From an uncultured virus (IMG/VR IMGVR_UViG_3300049893_002526) (Duplodnaviria > Heunggongvirae > Uroviricota > Caudoviricetes): 64,000 nucleotides of DNA. The notes beneath the pieces were generated by a model. That model was not told where the DNA came from. It was given only the letters and a program-made list of their open reading frames with translations, and made no database searches. Below are positions 28,494 to 38,329 of the stretch, piece after piece. The DNA lies in the IMG/VR virus record IMGVR_UViG_3300049893_002526. One strand, written 5' to 3'. Positions within the stretch are counted from its first letter, which is position 1, and every line of letters begins with the position of its first letter. A program made the position numbers and the translations under genes.

Positions 28494-30377
28494 ATGTCGT
28501 ACAGCTCATACGAAAAGGCCATCCGAGCGCTCGTTGAGGGCGGTCTTCGGATGATCAATAACATGATTCCGGATGCACCGACTCCTCGGCAAATCCGGCA
28601 GACCATCCAACCGAGCCGCCCCGCTGTTCAAGCTGCGCCCGCTGGGCAAGCAGTCCAACCTCGTTTAAACGTACCTCCGGATACTCAGACCGGTCGTTTT
28701 CAAAAACAACTGCCGGTGCCTCGTGAGGTTCCCGCTGAGCAAGTACCTCGTCGTGCGGGCTATCCCCAGGCCGATGTTCCTCGGGAAGCTCTCCCTGCTC
28801 GGGTTCCTGGCATCGCTCCTGGACAACGTTCGTTGCCGGTGGGTCAAGAGATTCCCCGCAGCACGACTGTTCGGCCCTATCCGATTCCTAGCTCCCCTCA
28901 AGCACCTGAACCCGCGTTTGCTTACGGGAAGGAACTTATGCGTCGCGACCCTGAAGGGTATGGCCGCATTCGTTCCATTGTCGAGACCACCGCAGCCGAG
29001 CGTGGCGTCAACCCAGACGCTGTGATGGAAGCTCTGCTTGGCGCTGAAGGTTTTGATTCGCCGCTTATTCGTCAGCTTGAAGCTACCCCCGCTCAATATC
29101 TGAATCGTGGCGGCGCCCTGACCCGCACGCCGGAGTCTTTGACTGAGTCCGGTATCGAACGGGTCAATGTTTATGAAGTTCCTCAAGCCCAACGCGCTTT
29201 GCCCAAGGCCACTTCCGTTGATTCTCAAAGTTCTTCTTTTCGGATTCCTTTAGACGAACTGGACGGGTTGGTTATAGGTACAAGGCAAAAAACAGCTATG
29301 GGTGTTGACGATGTCACTAATTTAAACCAATTGAGAAAGTTGGGCTTAAATGATGCCGAAGCCTCTTATGTTTTAAATAAAGCGAATACCGCTCCTTATG
29401 TTTTTCAGCGGGGCGCTACTCCGTCGACTGCTGCCGGACAAACGCCGCCCCGAGCCAACGCTATGGGCGGTGTAAACACTGTCGATCTCGGTCAAATTTT
29501 CTCTTCGCCGGCAGCTGCCCAAGCTGCTGCGGCTGGCGGAACTGAAGCTGCCCGACGGATGCCTGTCGCACCTTTTGTCGGCGGCGGAATTCTGGGCGGT
29601 CTTGGCCTCGCTGCCTTTATGTCCGGACGTCAAGAGCAGCTTCCTGCGCCCGGTGAAACGCAGCTGGGTGTGCCCACAGCGACGCCTGAATTTGGTGCTA
29701 ACACTCCTTCCGTTACCGGTGCTCCCGTAGCTTCCGCTCCTCAACCTATTGCCGGTAGCACGAACGCCATCCCCGGCACCGTCAATCCCAGTTCGCTAAG
29801 TGCTCCTTCTACGCCTGCTGCTCCCAGTCTTCCGGCTCCCGTCGGCGGCCGAGCTCCGTCTGGTCCTGTAGGTAGCTCGATGGGTGCTGGATCGGTGCCT
29901 CAGCTTATGGATTCACGCGATTCCGAATATCGTCAAGCTGTTCAAAACGCAGCACAGGGTCTCCGTCAGGATGCTTCTCAGTACAAGAACATTGGTGATC
30001 TTTACAGTGTTCAATCGGCTTATGCGAACGCTCCTGGACGTGCGGAACAGATTGTCGGCGCACTTAAAGGTATGGGCGCTCCTGCTTCGGTAGGTATTGA
30101 AAACGAGGCCAATTTCGAGACCTGGGCTCGCGCTAATCCCGAGCTTGCGTACCGCCTGCAACTTCAGATGCAGCGCCGTGGCCCCAGCCAGCAAATGCCT
30201 GTAGCACAGGGGGCTGTACTCGGTACCTCTATGGGAACCAACACACCTAATAATGCAGCCGGTCAAGCTCGGGCCGCCGCGATGAACGCCGCCTTCGGTA
30301 CTCAAGGAGCGGCGGATCTTAACGCCACGCTTGCCCCGCAGGCGTACCAAACCCTTGAAAAAATGCCCTTGTTCTGA
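28494..30377 (+). CDS. large P/A/G-rich putative internal virion protein
   Basis: 627 aa, low complexity, one hydrophobic GGGILGGLGLAAF segment. Confidence 0.6.
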   Translation: MSYSSYEKAIRALVEGGLRMINNMIPDAPTPRQIRQTIQPSRPAVQAAPAGQAVQPRLNVPPDTQTGRFQKQLPVPREVPAEQVPRRAGYPQADVPREALPARVPGIAPGQRSLPVGQEIPRSTTVRPYPIPSSPQAPEPAFAYGKELMRRDPEGYGRIRSIVETTAAERGVNPDAVMEALLGAEGFDSPLIRQLEATPAQYLNRGGALTRTPESLTESGIERVNVYEVPQAQRALPKATSVDSQSSSFRIPLDELDGLVIGTRQKTAMGVDDVTNLNQLRKLGLNDAEASYVLNKANTAPYVFQRGATPSTAAGQTPPRANAMGGVNTVDLGQIFSSPAAAQAAAAGGTEAARRMPVAPFVGGGILGGLGLAAFMSGRQEQLPAPGETQLGVPTATPEFGANTPSVTGAPVASAPQPIAGSTNAIPGTVNPSSLSAPSTPAAPSLPAPVGGRAPSGPVGSSMGAGSVPQLMDSRDSEYRQAVQNAAQGLRQDASQYKNIGDLYSVQSAYANAPGRAEQIVGALKGMGAPASVGIENEANFETWARANPELAYRLQLQMQRRGPSQQMPVAQGAVLGTSMGTNTPNNAAGQARAAAMNAAFGTQGAADLNATLAPQAYQTLEKMPLF

Positions 30378-30387
30378 GGCTTGATCC

Positions 30388-30828
30388 ATGGCGGACTATT
30401 TCTCTAATGCGCTGCCCATCAGTGGGTACGACTTCGGCACTTCTATCCCCGGTGGATTCGCCTCTCCGGAATATCGCGTCGACGAATTTTCTGCAGTGGC
30501 CGAGGGTTTGGCACCCTCTACAAGCCCTAGCCCCAGCAAGCCTGGCATTTCCGATAGCCCTTTTAGCAACGCTTGGGTCGGCGGCAGTTTATTGCTGGAG
30601 GGAATCGGCAACTTAGTCCGAGGCATCCGTGGCATGGAACCTGCGCCTCAGGGCATGGCGACCCGTATGATCTCCGATTACATCGCTCAACAGCGCGACG
30701 AACAGCGCCTCGAAAAAATTCTTGAGCGTATTGGCGGCTCTAAGGAAGATTCATCCCCGTTGTTGGCTGCCGCTTTAGGTAAGCCCGCTCCTCTTAAAAC
30801 CGATAACCCTTTACGGGGTTTAGGCTGA
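30388..30828 (+). CDS. hypothetical (putative virion) protein
   Basis: ORF. Confidence 0.65.
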   Translation: MADYFSNALPISGYDFGTSIPGGFASPEYRVDEFSAVAEGLAPSTSPSPSKPGISDSPFSNAWVGGSLLLEGIGNLVRGIRGMEPAPQGMATRMISDYIAQQRDEQRLEKILERIGGSKEDSSPLLAAALGKPAPLKTDNPLRGLG

Positions 30829-30850
30829 TTCACTTCACCCAGCGCGTACA

Positions 30851-31420
30851 ATGGCCTCAACTAGCACCAACAAGCAGCCCTGCTTAATCGATCGTCCGTT
30901 TTTGCGGGGGGCACGGATCACTAATGCCACGACGACTTGCGATCCTACCAACCCCTCTTTAGGGACCCTGATCCAGCTAGTGCGCGTGGGCGATCTCCCG
31001 TCCGAGGACGGTGCTCTCGTTGAGGACATCACCATCGTCAGCAACGAGGACTATCCCGATAACAGCGGCGTTCGCACGGCAGATATCGGTCTGTACGTCT
31101 ATATGCCAAACCAAGCGGCTCCTTCCACGTCGGCTGCTCTGATGATCGGACGCTTTGAGGTAGGACTGAGCGGTTCTACTTTTGGTTATCCGCTGGGTGT
31201 CCAGCTCCCCGCTGTGATGGCACCGGTTCCTCGCACCGGAGATACAAACTTGATCGCTCCTGTCCAAATCGGCAAGAACGAAGGTCTGTATCTTGAGAAG
31301 GGTTACATTCTCTGTGCCGGTTACATCGGCGTGGGACCTGCTGGCGCTTCTGGTGTAGCTGCCTCTGGCGGTTTAAGTGCTTCTGGTATCACTATTTTGG
31401 CTCAAGGCGGATTCTATTGA
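30851..31420 (+). CDS. putative tail structural protein
   Basis: Beta-rich ORF ending ITILAQGGFY. Confidence 0.6.
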   Translation: MASTSTNKQPCLIDRPFLRGARITNATTTCDPTNPSLGTLIQLVRVGDLPSEDGALVEDITIVSNEDYPDNSGVRTADIGLYVYMPNQAAPSTSAALMIGRFEVGLSGSTFGYPLGVQLPAVMAPVPRTGDTNLIAPVQIGKNEGLYLEKGYILCAGYIGVGPAGASGVAASGGLSASGITILAQGGFY

Positions 31421-31426
31421 TCTGCT

Positions 31427-32947
31427 ATGTCACGTCGGAAAGGATCGGATAATTTCGGGTTTCGCGCCTTCAATGCGAACTCAGGTATCCGATCTGTTCC
31501 TGATATTGCTGGGGCTGAACATCCGTCTCAATTAAGCAGGCCGCAACCTTTTAATAGGAGATTTCGTCCAGCTGTCAACACGAAAGATTTTAGTATTTTA
31601 AGCGATTATGATTACGCCTCGTTGTGGATTCGTTGGCGTAGAGGATATGAATTATCAATGTATGCTCAACAAGCATACGATGCACTAGCTTACGGTTTTA
31701 AATACTACTTAGGTCAAAATTCAGGATCTGGTCTTTATATACCTGCTTTATCTTTTTTGTATCCGACCACAAGGACGGATTCAAAAATGTGGATGGTCGG
31801 AATACGACCCAGAGATTCATTCAATTTTAAAGATTACGGTTACGCCGTAGAATCTGTAACTAATTACGACGCACAGACATACGCCGTAAAACTAACGTCT
31901 ACCTTTGGTGCCCCCATTTCTTTTTTTAAAGGAGAAGTTTTATCTAACCGTTTTACTCCTAACGGCACAGATAAACTCTACGGTTTTAATAACTATACTG
32001 TCACTGCTGTAGGCATAGACGGTGTTCCTACGGAGCCAGATAGTGCGCCTGTTTTTAACACTCTGTTTTTATCTCACGGCCCGGACAACAGCTGGAGCGT
32101 GGTTGATGCCACAACGATGAGTGTTCCTGCCTCTGGACCGCCCGCCCCAGGTGAATTTTTGACTACTGAAATGCGCAGTCAATGTAGTTGCCCTGATTTT
32201 TTGGGACGTGAATCTTTTGATCTTTATCAAAAGTCTTTAAAGATGAAGTATCCCTACACGGGAGTTTTCAACACGTCTCCTGGGTTTTTTGATGCAGGTC
32301 CGACAGAGACTCCTCGTGTTGTTCCTGCACAAGACAACCCGGGGTACGCTCGTTCTTTTGGTTTTATTTATCTTAACCAGATCTACAATATTCCTTCTTA
32401 CGAACAAGCTTCTTATTCAGATCCTAATTTGTTTTATTATCAACCCAGATGGTGTAAACATATCTACGCTGCAATGTGGGATTTAAAAAATAAATATCAA
32501 CAAGACGCCGCAACTACAATTTGGCTCCCGCAACCTAACGACGAGCCGATGAACGAGTGGTATAGAGAAAAGTTTGAGCGCGATTTAAAAAAACAGACTG
32601 ATTTTTATTATCGCGAGCGTAATTTAGTTTGGTGGAATAGATACGGTCCGTCTCCAGAGACGATGCCTACACAGATGCTATATCCTGATACTTATAACGT
32701 AGTCAGTAAGACTCTGAATATAGGCGAACTAGGTTCTTTTGTCTCTTTGGATCCTAATAAGATATCTTTGCTTCCTGTATCGGAATACGACCCTTACGCT
32801 CCGCAGCCTTCTGAAATTTATGACGGAGGCACCTATTTAAACGGTTCTCCTGTTCTTCAGCCTACAAACACGATTGACGGAGGGACGTACGCTAATGGTT
32901 CTATAGTTCCTCCGGTGGGACTCTCTCTAAACGGAGGCACGTACTGA
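31427..32947 (+). CDS. protein with a split SWIM-like zinc finger and C-terminal (D/N)GGTY repeats
   Basis: CSCPDF ... WCKHIYA; three GGTY repeats. Confidence 0.65.
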   Translation: MSRRKGSDNFGFRAFNANSGIRSVPDIAGAEHPSQLSRPQPFNRRFRPAVNTKDFSILSDYDYASLWIRWRRGYELSMYAQQAYDALAYGFKYYLGQNSGSGLYIPALSFLYPTTRTDSKMWMVGIRPRDSFNFKDYGYAVESVTNYDAQTYAVKLTSTFGAPISFFKGEVLSNRFTPNGTDKLYGFNNYTVTAVGIDGVPTEPDSAPVFNTLFLSHGPDNSWSVVDATTMSVPASGPPAPGEFLTTEMRSQCSCPDFLGRESFDLYQKSLKMKYPYTGVFNTSPGFFDAGPTETPRVVPAQDNPGYARSFGFIYLNQIYNIPSYEQASYSDPNLFYYQPRWCKHIYAAMWDLKNKYQQDAATTIWLPQPNDEPMNEWYREKFERDLKKQTDFYYRERNLVWWNRYGPSPETMPTQMLYPDTYNVVSKTLNIGELGSFVSLDPNKISLLPVSEYDPYAPQPSEIYDGGTYLNGSPVLQPTNTIDGGTYANGSIVPPVGLSLNGGTY

Positions 32948-33552
32948 TGACTTCTACGCCTTACATTCTTTTAAGTAATCGGTCTCCTCAGTCGTCCGAC
33001 CGACCAAATACAACGGCGGCTCAGGTCGGTCGTCTTGCTCTATCTTTCGGAAGTAGCGACCCCGGTCTTTATTTTCAGGATTCAGGTGGGAATATTCGGA
33101 AGATAGGACCCAACCATTACTCCACTACAGCACCTAATGCTTCTCCGGCAGGTGTAGCAGGCAATTCCACCGGGGAGACATGGGTAGATAGTAGTACTTC
33201 TGCGTACTACATGAAGGTCTGGACTGGATCCACGTGGCAAACTATCGGCTCAGCCTACGCTGATTTTGCTATTTCAGCCTCGGGCGCCATCATGGCGTCA
33301 GGTTGTATTTTAGCTTCTGGGTGTATTGCAGCTTCTGGGTGTATTGCAGCTTCTGGTTCAATAATTGCGTCCGGAGCTATTGCCGCATCAGGATCCTACT
33401 TTGCTGTTCTTTCTTCTGGTTGTATTGAAGCCTCCGGTGTGCCGATTACTACTGGATTGCCTGTAAGTTCACCTGAAGGCACCGTCATGTACCAAGCGGC
33501 AGCACCTTCAGGTTTATATATTTATGTCGGCGGCCAGTGGGTTCAGATTTAA
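32947..33552 (+). CDS. short tail-fibre-like protein with xxxASG hexapeptide repeats
   Basis: DPGLYF.DS.G...KIGP, GETW.D...MKVWTGS.W fibre motifs. Confidence 0.7.
   Translation: MTSTPYILLSNRSPQSSDRPNTTAAQVGRLALSFGSSDPGLYFQDSGGNIRKIGPNHYSTTAPNASPAGVAGNSTGETWVDSSTSAYYMKVWTGSTWQTIGSAYADFAISASGAIMASGCILASGCIAASGCIAASGSIIASGAIAASGSYFAVLSSGCIEASGVPITTGLPVSSPEGTVMYQAAAPSGLYIYVGGQWVQI
33271..33393 (+). repeat. 18-bp tandem repeat encoding (xIxASG)n, about 7 units
   Basis: GCTTCTGGGTGTATTGCA exact twice, plus diverged copies. Confidence 0.85.
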
Positions 33553-34088
33553 CCCCGAAGTGTGCTCTTAAGAAACCACGCTGCTTTAAAAGACTCGTCG
33601 ACTAGCTGAGCTGCGTAGTTTTCTACATCAGGAGCTTTGACTGTACGAGCCAGTTCGCCGAGATCTTTAGCTTGCATTCCAAAATCTTCCAAGTTTTTCA
33701 GATAAGTCACTAACATATCGCGAGTTTCATAAGATTTGCAGTGTTTAAAACCTTTATAAGCGTTAAGTAGACCTTTCTGACACATAGGCATCAGAGTATC
33801 CATGGTGCGTACGAACTCGGCCAGCTTGTCAAACTGGCCGACATGTAGTTCGTACTGACCTTTTAAGAATTCGTGGATAGGCAGGAACAGAGGACCTTCG
33901 ACGTTTAGATGAATTAAGTGAGATTGTGCGTACAGTTGATGTGCGTAAGACGACAGAGCCACCAGATTCAAGAGAAGATCCTGAAGCTGGGGCTCTGGTT
34001 CCACCGAGATAATTCGCTCCTCAATTTGCGTGGGCATTAAAGCCGACGCCGGAGTAGAAGCAAAAGTCTCGGTGTACGTCATGTTCAA
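33549..34088 (-). CDS. dps: Dps / ferritin-like DNA-protection protein
   Basis: H.NVEGPLF..IH.....Y......D.LAE ferroxidase pattern; K.AWFL C-terminus. Confidence 0.85.
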   Translation of the reverse strand: MNMTYTETFASTPASALMPTQIEERIISVEPEPQLQDLLLNLVALSSYAHQLYAQSHLIHLNVEGPLFLPIHEFLKGQYELHVGQFDKLAEFVRTMDTLMPMCQKGLLNAYKGFKHCKSYETRDMLVTYLKNLEDFGMQAKDLGELARTVKAPDVENYAAQLVDESFKAAWFLKSTLRG

Positions 34089-34354
34089 AAAGCTGCCGCT
34101 ACGGCGGGCTCTGCTGCGTCGTCCTCTACTTTAGCCGACGAATCCGCACCGTTCAGATAGTTCTGAAGAGCATCTTTGTTGATGCGATACAGAGATTTAG
34201 CGCCAGAGGGCTGGAGGTTCACGTAGATATCTTTAGGCCAGCCGCCGGGGTTATTGGATTCGGTCAGTGCGATGCGCTTGCGCACAAAGCCGCTGGAACA
34301 GTTGAGGAACTCTGCAGTCTCAGCAATCGTCAGGAGAGTCTTACCTTCAAACAT
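34085..34354 (-). CDS. excisionase-like HTH DNA-binding protein
   Basis: LLTIAETAEFLNCS...VRK.I...YRI....L..YL. Confidence 0.75.
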   Translation of the reverse strand: MFEGKTLLTIAETAEFLNCSSGFVRKRIALTESNNPGGWPKDIYVNLQPSGAKSLYRINKDALQNYLNGADSSAKVEDDAAEPAVAAAF

Positions 34355-34522
34355 CTGCCGTGTGAATGAGGATGGCTCAGTAATGATAACGAGCTTTCTA
34401 GGGCTTGTAAAGGTCTCAGGTGGGTCCTAGCCCGGACTTTATATTGTTTACAGAAAGCACTTAGTCTTCTGAGACGTACGTTAATGATTCGGTGTAGGAT
34501 AAACAGAGAGTGGGTTCTGCCC

Positions 34523-34780
34523 GTGGCCACCGCCGACTTTAGTGACGGGATGCGAAATCTTCATTGCGGTTTGACGCTGGAAGACGAGTTCGTACTGACC
34601 CGCATCCGAGCCAAAGCTAAATCTTTAAATAATAGAAGTGACCGAGACCAGTTTTTCTGGGTGATGATCTTAAAGTTAATGTGTAAAGAGAGGGCGTATA
34701 AAACCGTTATGCAGCAGATAGGGGTCGCTGTAGAAACTAATGTGCAGATGTTCGACGATTCAGAAGATTCGGTAGAATGA
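34523..34780 (+). CDS. nblA: NblA-like phycobilisome degradation protein
   Basis: LTLEDEF...helix-loop-helix...MCKERAYKTVM resembles NblA L[ST]LEQ.F...M..E..Y; start GTG 34523 or ATG 34550. Confidence 0.55.
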   Translation: MATADFSDGMRNLHCGLTLEDEFVLTRIRAKAKSLNNRSDRDQFFWVMILKLMCKERAYKTVMQQIGVAVETNVQMFDDSEDSVE

Positions 34781-34798
34781 TGAATAAATAGCAGACAG

Positions 34799-36121
34799 AT
34801 GGCGTTAGATAACCCGCTGACACGGCAGTGGCTTGATCTGATCGCGTACGCCGAAGGTACCGACAGCTCTCGTCGAGGCGGCGGTTACGACGTCATGTTT
34901 GGCGGCGGTCGTTTTCAAGATTTTTCTAAGCATCCGGATGTTGTTGTAAGAACCAAAGGTTTTCCTAGAGGCAGTGCTGCTGCCGGACGTTATCAATTTA
35001 TGCCCGGTACTTATGCCGGAGCGCAAAAAGCTTTAGGTCTACAGGGATTTGGTCCGCAAGAACAAGACCTCGCAGCTATTTATCTAATGAAGCGGCGTGG
35101 GGTCGATCCTACGAAAGATCCGATCACGCCGCAGACTATTGCAAAACTCGCTCCGGAATGGGCGAGTCTCCCCACGCTGCAGGGGCGAAGCTATTACGGT
35201 CAGCCTGTTAAATCCCTGAGCGAACTCCAGGGTTTTCTTCAGAAACCCGGTGGCGGGGTACCTTATCAAGTTCAACAAGACAGCCAGGCCGCTGGTGTTA
35301 CTCCGATCAGTCTGCCTAGGTATGATTTTCAAGGCGCGCTAAAGAATATCGTCACTCAGTACGCTTTGTCCGGAGCTGCCCAGCCCGCAGCGGGCGACAC
35401 TCAGAAAGCACAAGTTTATTTACAAGCCGCTGAAGCGATCAAAGCAGATCCCGAAAAATACGGAGAGGAGGGTTTAGCGCTCGCAGAGCAATACAAATAC
35501 AAAGCAAATGAAGCACTGTTCTTGGGAGGCTCTCCAGGAGGAAACGATCCTTCGAAATTAGTTATGGATATTCTAGGTGCTAAGATGACGCAAAAAGCAT
35601 ATGATAAAAGTCAGGCCAATCAAGAAGAATTAATAAACTCGCAGTTGTCTTCTTTTGTAGCCCCTGGAGCTCCTGCGTCAGCTCAGTCTTCCTTCGAGAG
35701 ACCTGCCTCTGTCGTGTACGAACAACCCAGCGGACAGCCTGGAGTTGATCTGTACTTCCCTAGCAAGCGCTTCCCCGCTGTCTTAGGCGGCGTGGTTAAA
35801 GATGTCAGTCGCGAAGGTGGTTACGGCAACTACGTTGTTGTCGAATCTCTCGACCCGCTAACTAATAAGAAGGTCGATGTTCTTTACGGTCACTTGGCTG
35901 ATAAGAGCGTTTTGGTTCGACCGGGTCAACAGGTTGCGCCGGGTCAAATTATCGGGCAACAAGGAGGGACAGGAAATGTCCGTTCGGCCGACGGCACGAT
36001 TGCCAGTATTGATTTTCTCGCTCCACGAGGTGCAGGCAGCCGAGATATGACACCATACAGTAATTTTGATCAATTACGCCGGCATATCGTGTCTACTTTT
36101 CAGGGCGGAGCAGGACGATAA
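34799..36121 (+). CDS. virion-associated lambda-type lysozyme (GH104-like) fused to a degenerate M23 domain
   Basis: LDLIAYAEGT, SAAAGRYQF, F.P..QD, EWASLP; C-terminal GYGNYV...YGHL...V..GQ.IG..G.TG. Confidence 0.85.
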   Translation: MALDNPLTRQWLDLIAYAEGTDSSRRGGGYDVMFGGGRFQDFSKHPDVVVRTKGFPRGSAAAGRYQFMPGTYAGAQKALGLQGFGPQEQDLAAIYLMKRRGVDPTKDPITPQTIAKLAPEWASLPTLQGRSYYGQPVKSLSELQGFLQKPGGGVPYQVQQDSQAAGVTPISLPRYDFQGALKNIVTQYALSGAAQPAAGDTQKAQVYLQAAEAIKADPEKYGEEGLALAEQYKYKANEALFLGGSPGGNDPSKLVMDILGAKMTQKAYDKSQANQEELINSQLSSFVAPGAPASAQSSFERPASVVYEQPSGQPGVDLYFPSKRFPAVLGGVVKDVSREGGYGNYVVVESLDPLTNKKVDVLYGHLADKSVLVRPGQQVAPGQIIGQQGGTGNVRSADGTIASIDFLAPRGAGSRDMTPYSNFDQLRRHIVSTFQGGAGR

Positions 36122-36181
36122 CAGGTAAGTGCTAACCGTCGCTGGTTGATTCGGTATACTTGAGTAAGGGTTTTTAAGATT

Positions 36182-36679
36182 ATGGGCGCTAATCCGCAAC
36201 AGAAAGCTTTAGAAGCGGCTCAGTCTTCGGTTGAGCAAGCTGTCAAAGAAGGTAAGCAGCTGGCAAAGAATCTGCAACAACGCGCAGGTAAATATCGAGG
36301 TTTGGCCGGAGATACTCAAGGTGAAATGCTTGGGTTCTTGGGAGAGGGCAACGATCCCTCTTCTTACTACAGCCGTATTCAAAATCAATTCGGTCCGTTT
36401 ATGACCGGGGAACAAGAGCGGTGGCAGACGCAACTCAATCAAGGAGATTACCCCGTTTTGGGTAGCCCCTCTCACCAACGCTTCGAAGATACCTTAGTTA
36501 AGAGCGCCAATCTTTACGACCAATACATCAAACGCGGTCTAGATGAAATTCAGCCTCGTTTCGCGGCCATCGCTAAGGACCCGGCATTTAATCTGCAGTA
36601 CGACCCACGGGCGATGGAAGTTGCTCAGGGAAATATCAATCAGGATCAGGTAAAGCGTCTGACCTCCTGGAATGTCTGA
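36182..36679 (+). CDS. hypothetical protein
   Basis: ORF with a TATACT box. Confidence 0.7.
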   Translation: MGANPQQKALEAAQSSVEQAVKEGKQLAKNLQQRAGKYRGLAGDTQGEMLGFLGEGNDPSSYYSRIQNQFGPFMTGEQERWQTQLNQGDYPVLGSPSHQRFEDTLVKSANLYDQYIKRGLDEIQPRFAAIAKDPAFNLQYDPRAMEVAQGNINQDQVKRLTSWNV

Positions 36680-36965
36680 TCAAATCCCTGTAGGGAAACA
36701 CGAGCGGAAGGTAGCTTTCCACACGGAAGCTCCTTTCGCCAAACACGATTACCGTTACCGCCAGCGTGGAGATATTCGCATGGCGGGAACGGTTTGGAAC
36801 GAGAGTCCTCAGGAACGAGGTCAGCGATTGTCGCGTGAATATTTACGCAAGAAAATGCGAGGTGTTCCCGTTGGCTTAGGTTTTGGGGAGAACGATAAAT
36901 TCGGTCCCGATAATTCTTACGACACTCGCGAAACAATCAGATATACACACGCCCGAGAGTACTAA
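36672..36965 (+). CDS. small basic hypothetical protein
   Basis: Coupled ORF; contains IRMAG. Confidence 0.6.
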   Translation: MSDQIPVGKHERKVAFHTEAPFAKHDYRYRQRGDIRMAGTVWNESPQERGQRLSREYLRKKMRGVPVGLGFGENDKFGPDNSYDTRETIRYTHAREY

Positions 36966-37515
36966 ATAGTGCACTGAATTCAAGGATCTTTCTATCTGCT
37001 TTATAAGGAGATGGAAAGTAGTAAATAAATCCGTATATCTTATTTGTATTGACTTTACTAAATTCTTTGTCGTCGTTTCTAAGTTTTGGGTGTTCTTTTA
37101 GTATACAGATAGGCAAATCTAGTCCTATTTTCTGAGCAGCTATTAACGCGACGTCCGTTGAAGTTAGGAACAGTAAACCTTCTTCGAACTCACCTAGCGT
37201 ATATTTACGCAGCATTTCCTCCATCCAGACTCTCTGGGCAGACTTAACGAATCTTTTTTTCTTTGTCCACAGATTTCTATCCGGCGGTTGTTCCGCCCCA
37301 GTCAAAAGATCCCGTGGCGGATACAGATAGACGGACTTAGCTTTCCAAATCTGTTTAAGTCCTTGATTTTCAGGACAAAAATATCTGTTGGCTCGTATAA
37401 GTGTATTCGCGTTATGACTACTAGCGGGATCTAAATCGATCTCTCCGTCAAAGAAAGTGGTTACGGCGGCTACTACGTCTACCGGCGAGACAAAATCTAC
37501 GGCGTTAATTGGCAC
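36937..37515 (-). CDS. phage Dam-like DNA adenine methyltransferase homologue with a degenerate catalytic motif
   Basis: IDLDPASS..AN....A.RYF.....GL.Q.W; VYLYPPR where NPPY is expected. Confidence 0.7.
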   Translation of the reverse strand: MPINAVDFVSPVDVVAAVTTFFDGEIDLDPASSHNANTLIRANRYFCPENQGLKQIWKAKSVYLYPPRDLLTGAEQPPDRNLWTKKKRFVKSAQRVWMEEMLRKYTLGEFEEGLLFLTSTDVALIAAQKIGLDLPICILKEHPKLRNDDKEFSKVNTNKIYGFIYYFPSPYKADRKILEFSALFSTLGRVYI

Positions 37516-37915
37516 TTGCGACTTGTTCTTCCAGAACCTGATCGATCTTGTTTTTATCCAAGACGTGAATGCTCATTCCGTTTATGTCGAGCATCACGAC
37601 GATAGGATCGTCCTTTTCTTTTTCGATAACTTTAATCAGTTTTTTAAAGAATGTTGCTAGGTCTTTGTTCATCATCTCCTCGGCCAGAGCCATGTCGGTT
37701 TGGATGTCCTTGACCGTCAGGAACTGAGATGCTTCAGCGTTGCTGGTATTGAAAAATAAAGCACCCTCCCCCTTATAAGTCTTGAATTCGTCGTGGAGGG
37801 TGATGATATCTCCAATGATCATGCGGGCGACATTAGCCGCCATACGTTTTTTGGTCTCCGAGCCTGAAAACAGGTTGAACTTGAGACGCTGTGCGACTTG
37901 ACTGAGGTCAGGCAT
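37505..37915 (-). CDS. hypothetical protein
   Basis: ORF; start ATG 37915. Confidence 0.65.
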   Translation of the reverse strand: MPDLSQVAQRLKFNLFSGSETKKRMAANVARMIIGDIITLHDEFKTYKGEGALFFNTSNAEASQFLTVKDIQTDMALAEEMMNKDLATFFKKLIKVIEKEKDDPIVVMLDINGMSIHVLDKNKIDQVLEEQVASAN

Positions 37916-38240
37916 CGGTATACCCCGTGAAATTGTTCCAAGCATCCGCTAGCACTCTAGCGCTATCGTAAAGATAGTTGCTTGTGTTGTTTTCCTCCGG
38001 ATCTAGCTTACAGAAATGTCTTCCTTCGACCAGTCCGGATTTCCCACCAGAGATAATTCCTTGGTAAATCAATTTGTCGATTTTTACCGAAGGCACACCA
38101 AGACGTTCAGCAAGAGCACGCTTGTTAATAAACGCCGTGGTTAATGACCCAGATTTAGAGTTCGCGATTACTTGAAGGGAAGTGTCGATGCTGCGTAGGA
38201 TTTTGTTGAGATCTGAGATGACGATTTGATTTTGTGACAT
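37908..38240 (-). CDS. putative HTH DNA-binding protein
   Basis: LAERLGVPS..I...GLVEGRHF pattern. Confidence 0.6.
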   Translation of the reverse strand: MSQNQIVISDLNKILRSIDTSLQVIANSKSGSLTTAFINKRALAERLGVPSVKIDKLIYQGIISGGKSGLVEGRHFCKLDPEENNTSNYLYDSARVLADAWNNFTGYTDA

Positions 38241-38248
38241 AGGTAGAA

Positions 38249-38329
38249 GGGGGCTGGGTCTTCACCGGGCGCCCGGCAAAGACCTTCACTTTCCAGCGCT
38301 CGGAAAGGGTGAAAACGAGCGCTACCCCC
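38249..38329. ncRNA. candidate structured cis-regulatory RNA (three-way junction with an alternative pairing)
   Basis: GGGGG/CCCCC closing stem, GGTCTT/AAGACC, CCGGG/CCCGG, AGCGCTCG/CGAGCGCT; linker complementary to a loop. Confidence 0.5.

Noticed and set aside
28494..30377. Tape measure protein
   Set aside because: Pro-rich and low complexity rather than long helical repeats; no tail tube or chaperone genes recognised nearby
38249..38329. Glutamine (glnA) riboswitch
   Set aside because: The minus-strand GGAAAGTGAAGG resembles it superficially, but the CGTT/AACG closing stem and AGUA/GAA E-loop are not present; kept as an unknown structure
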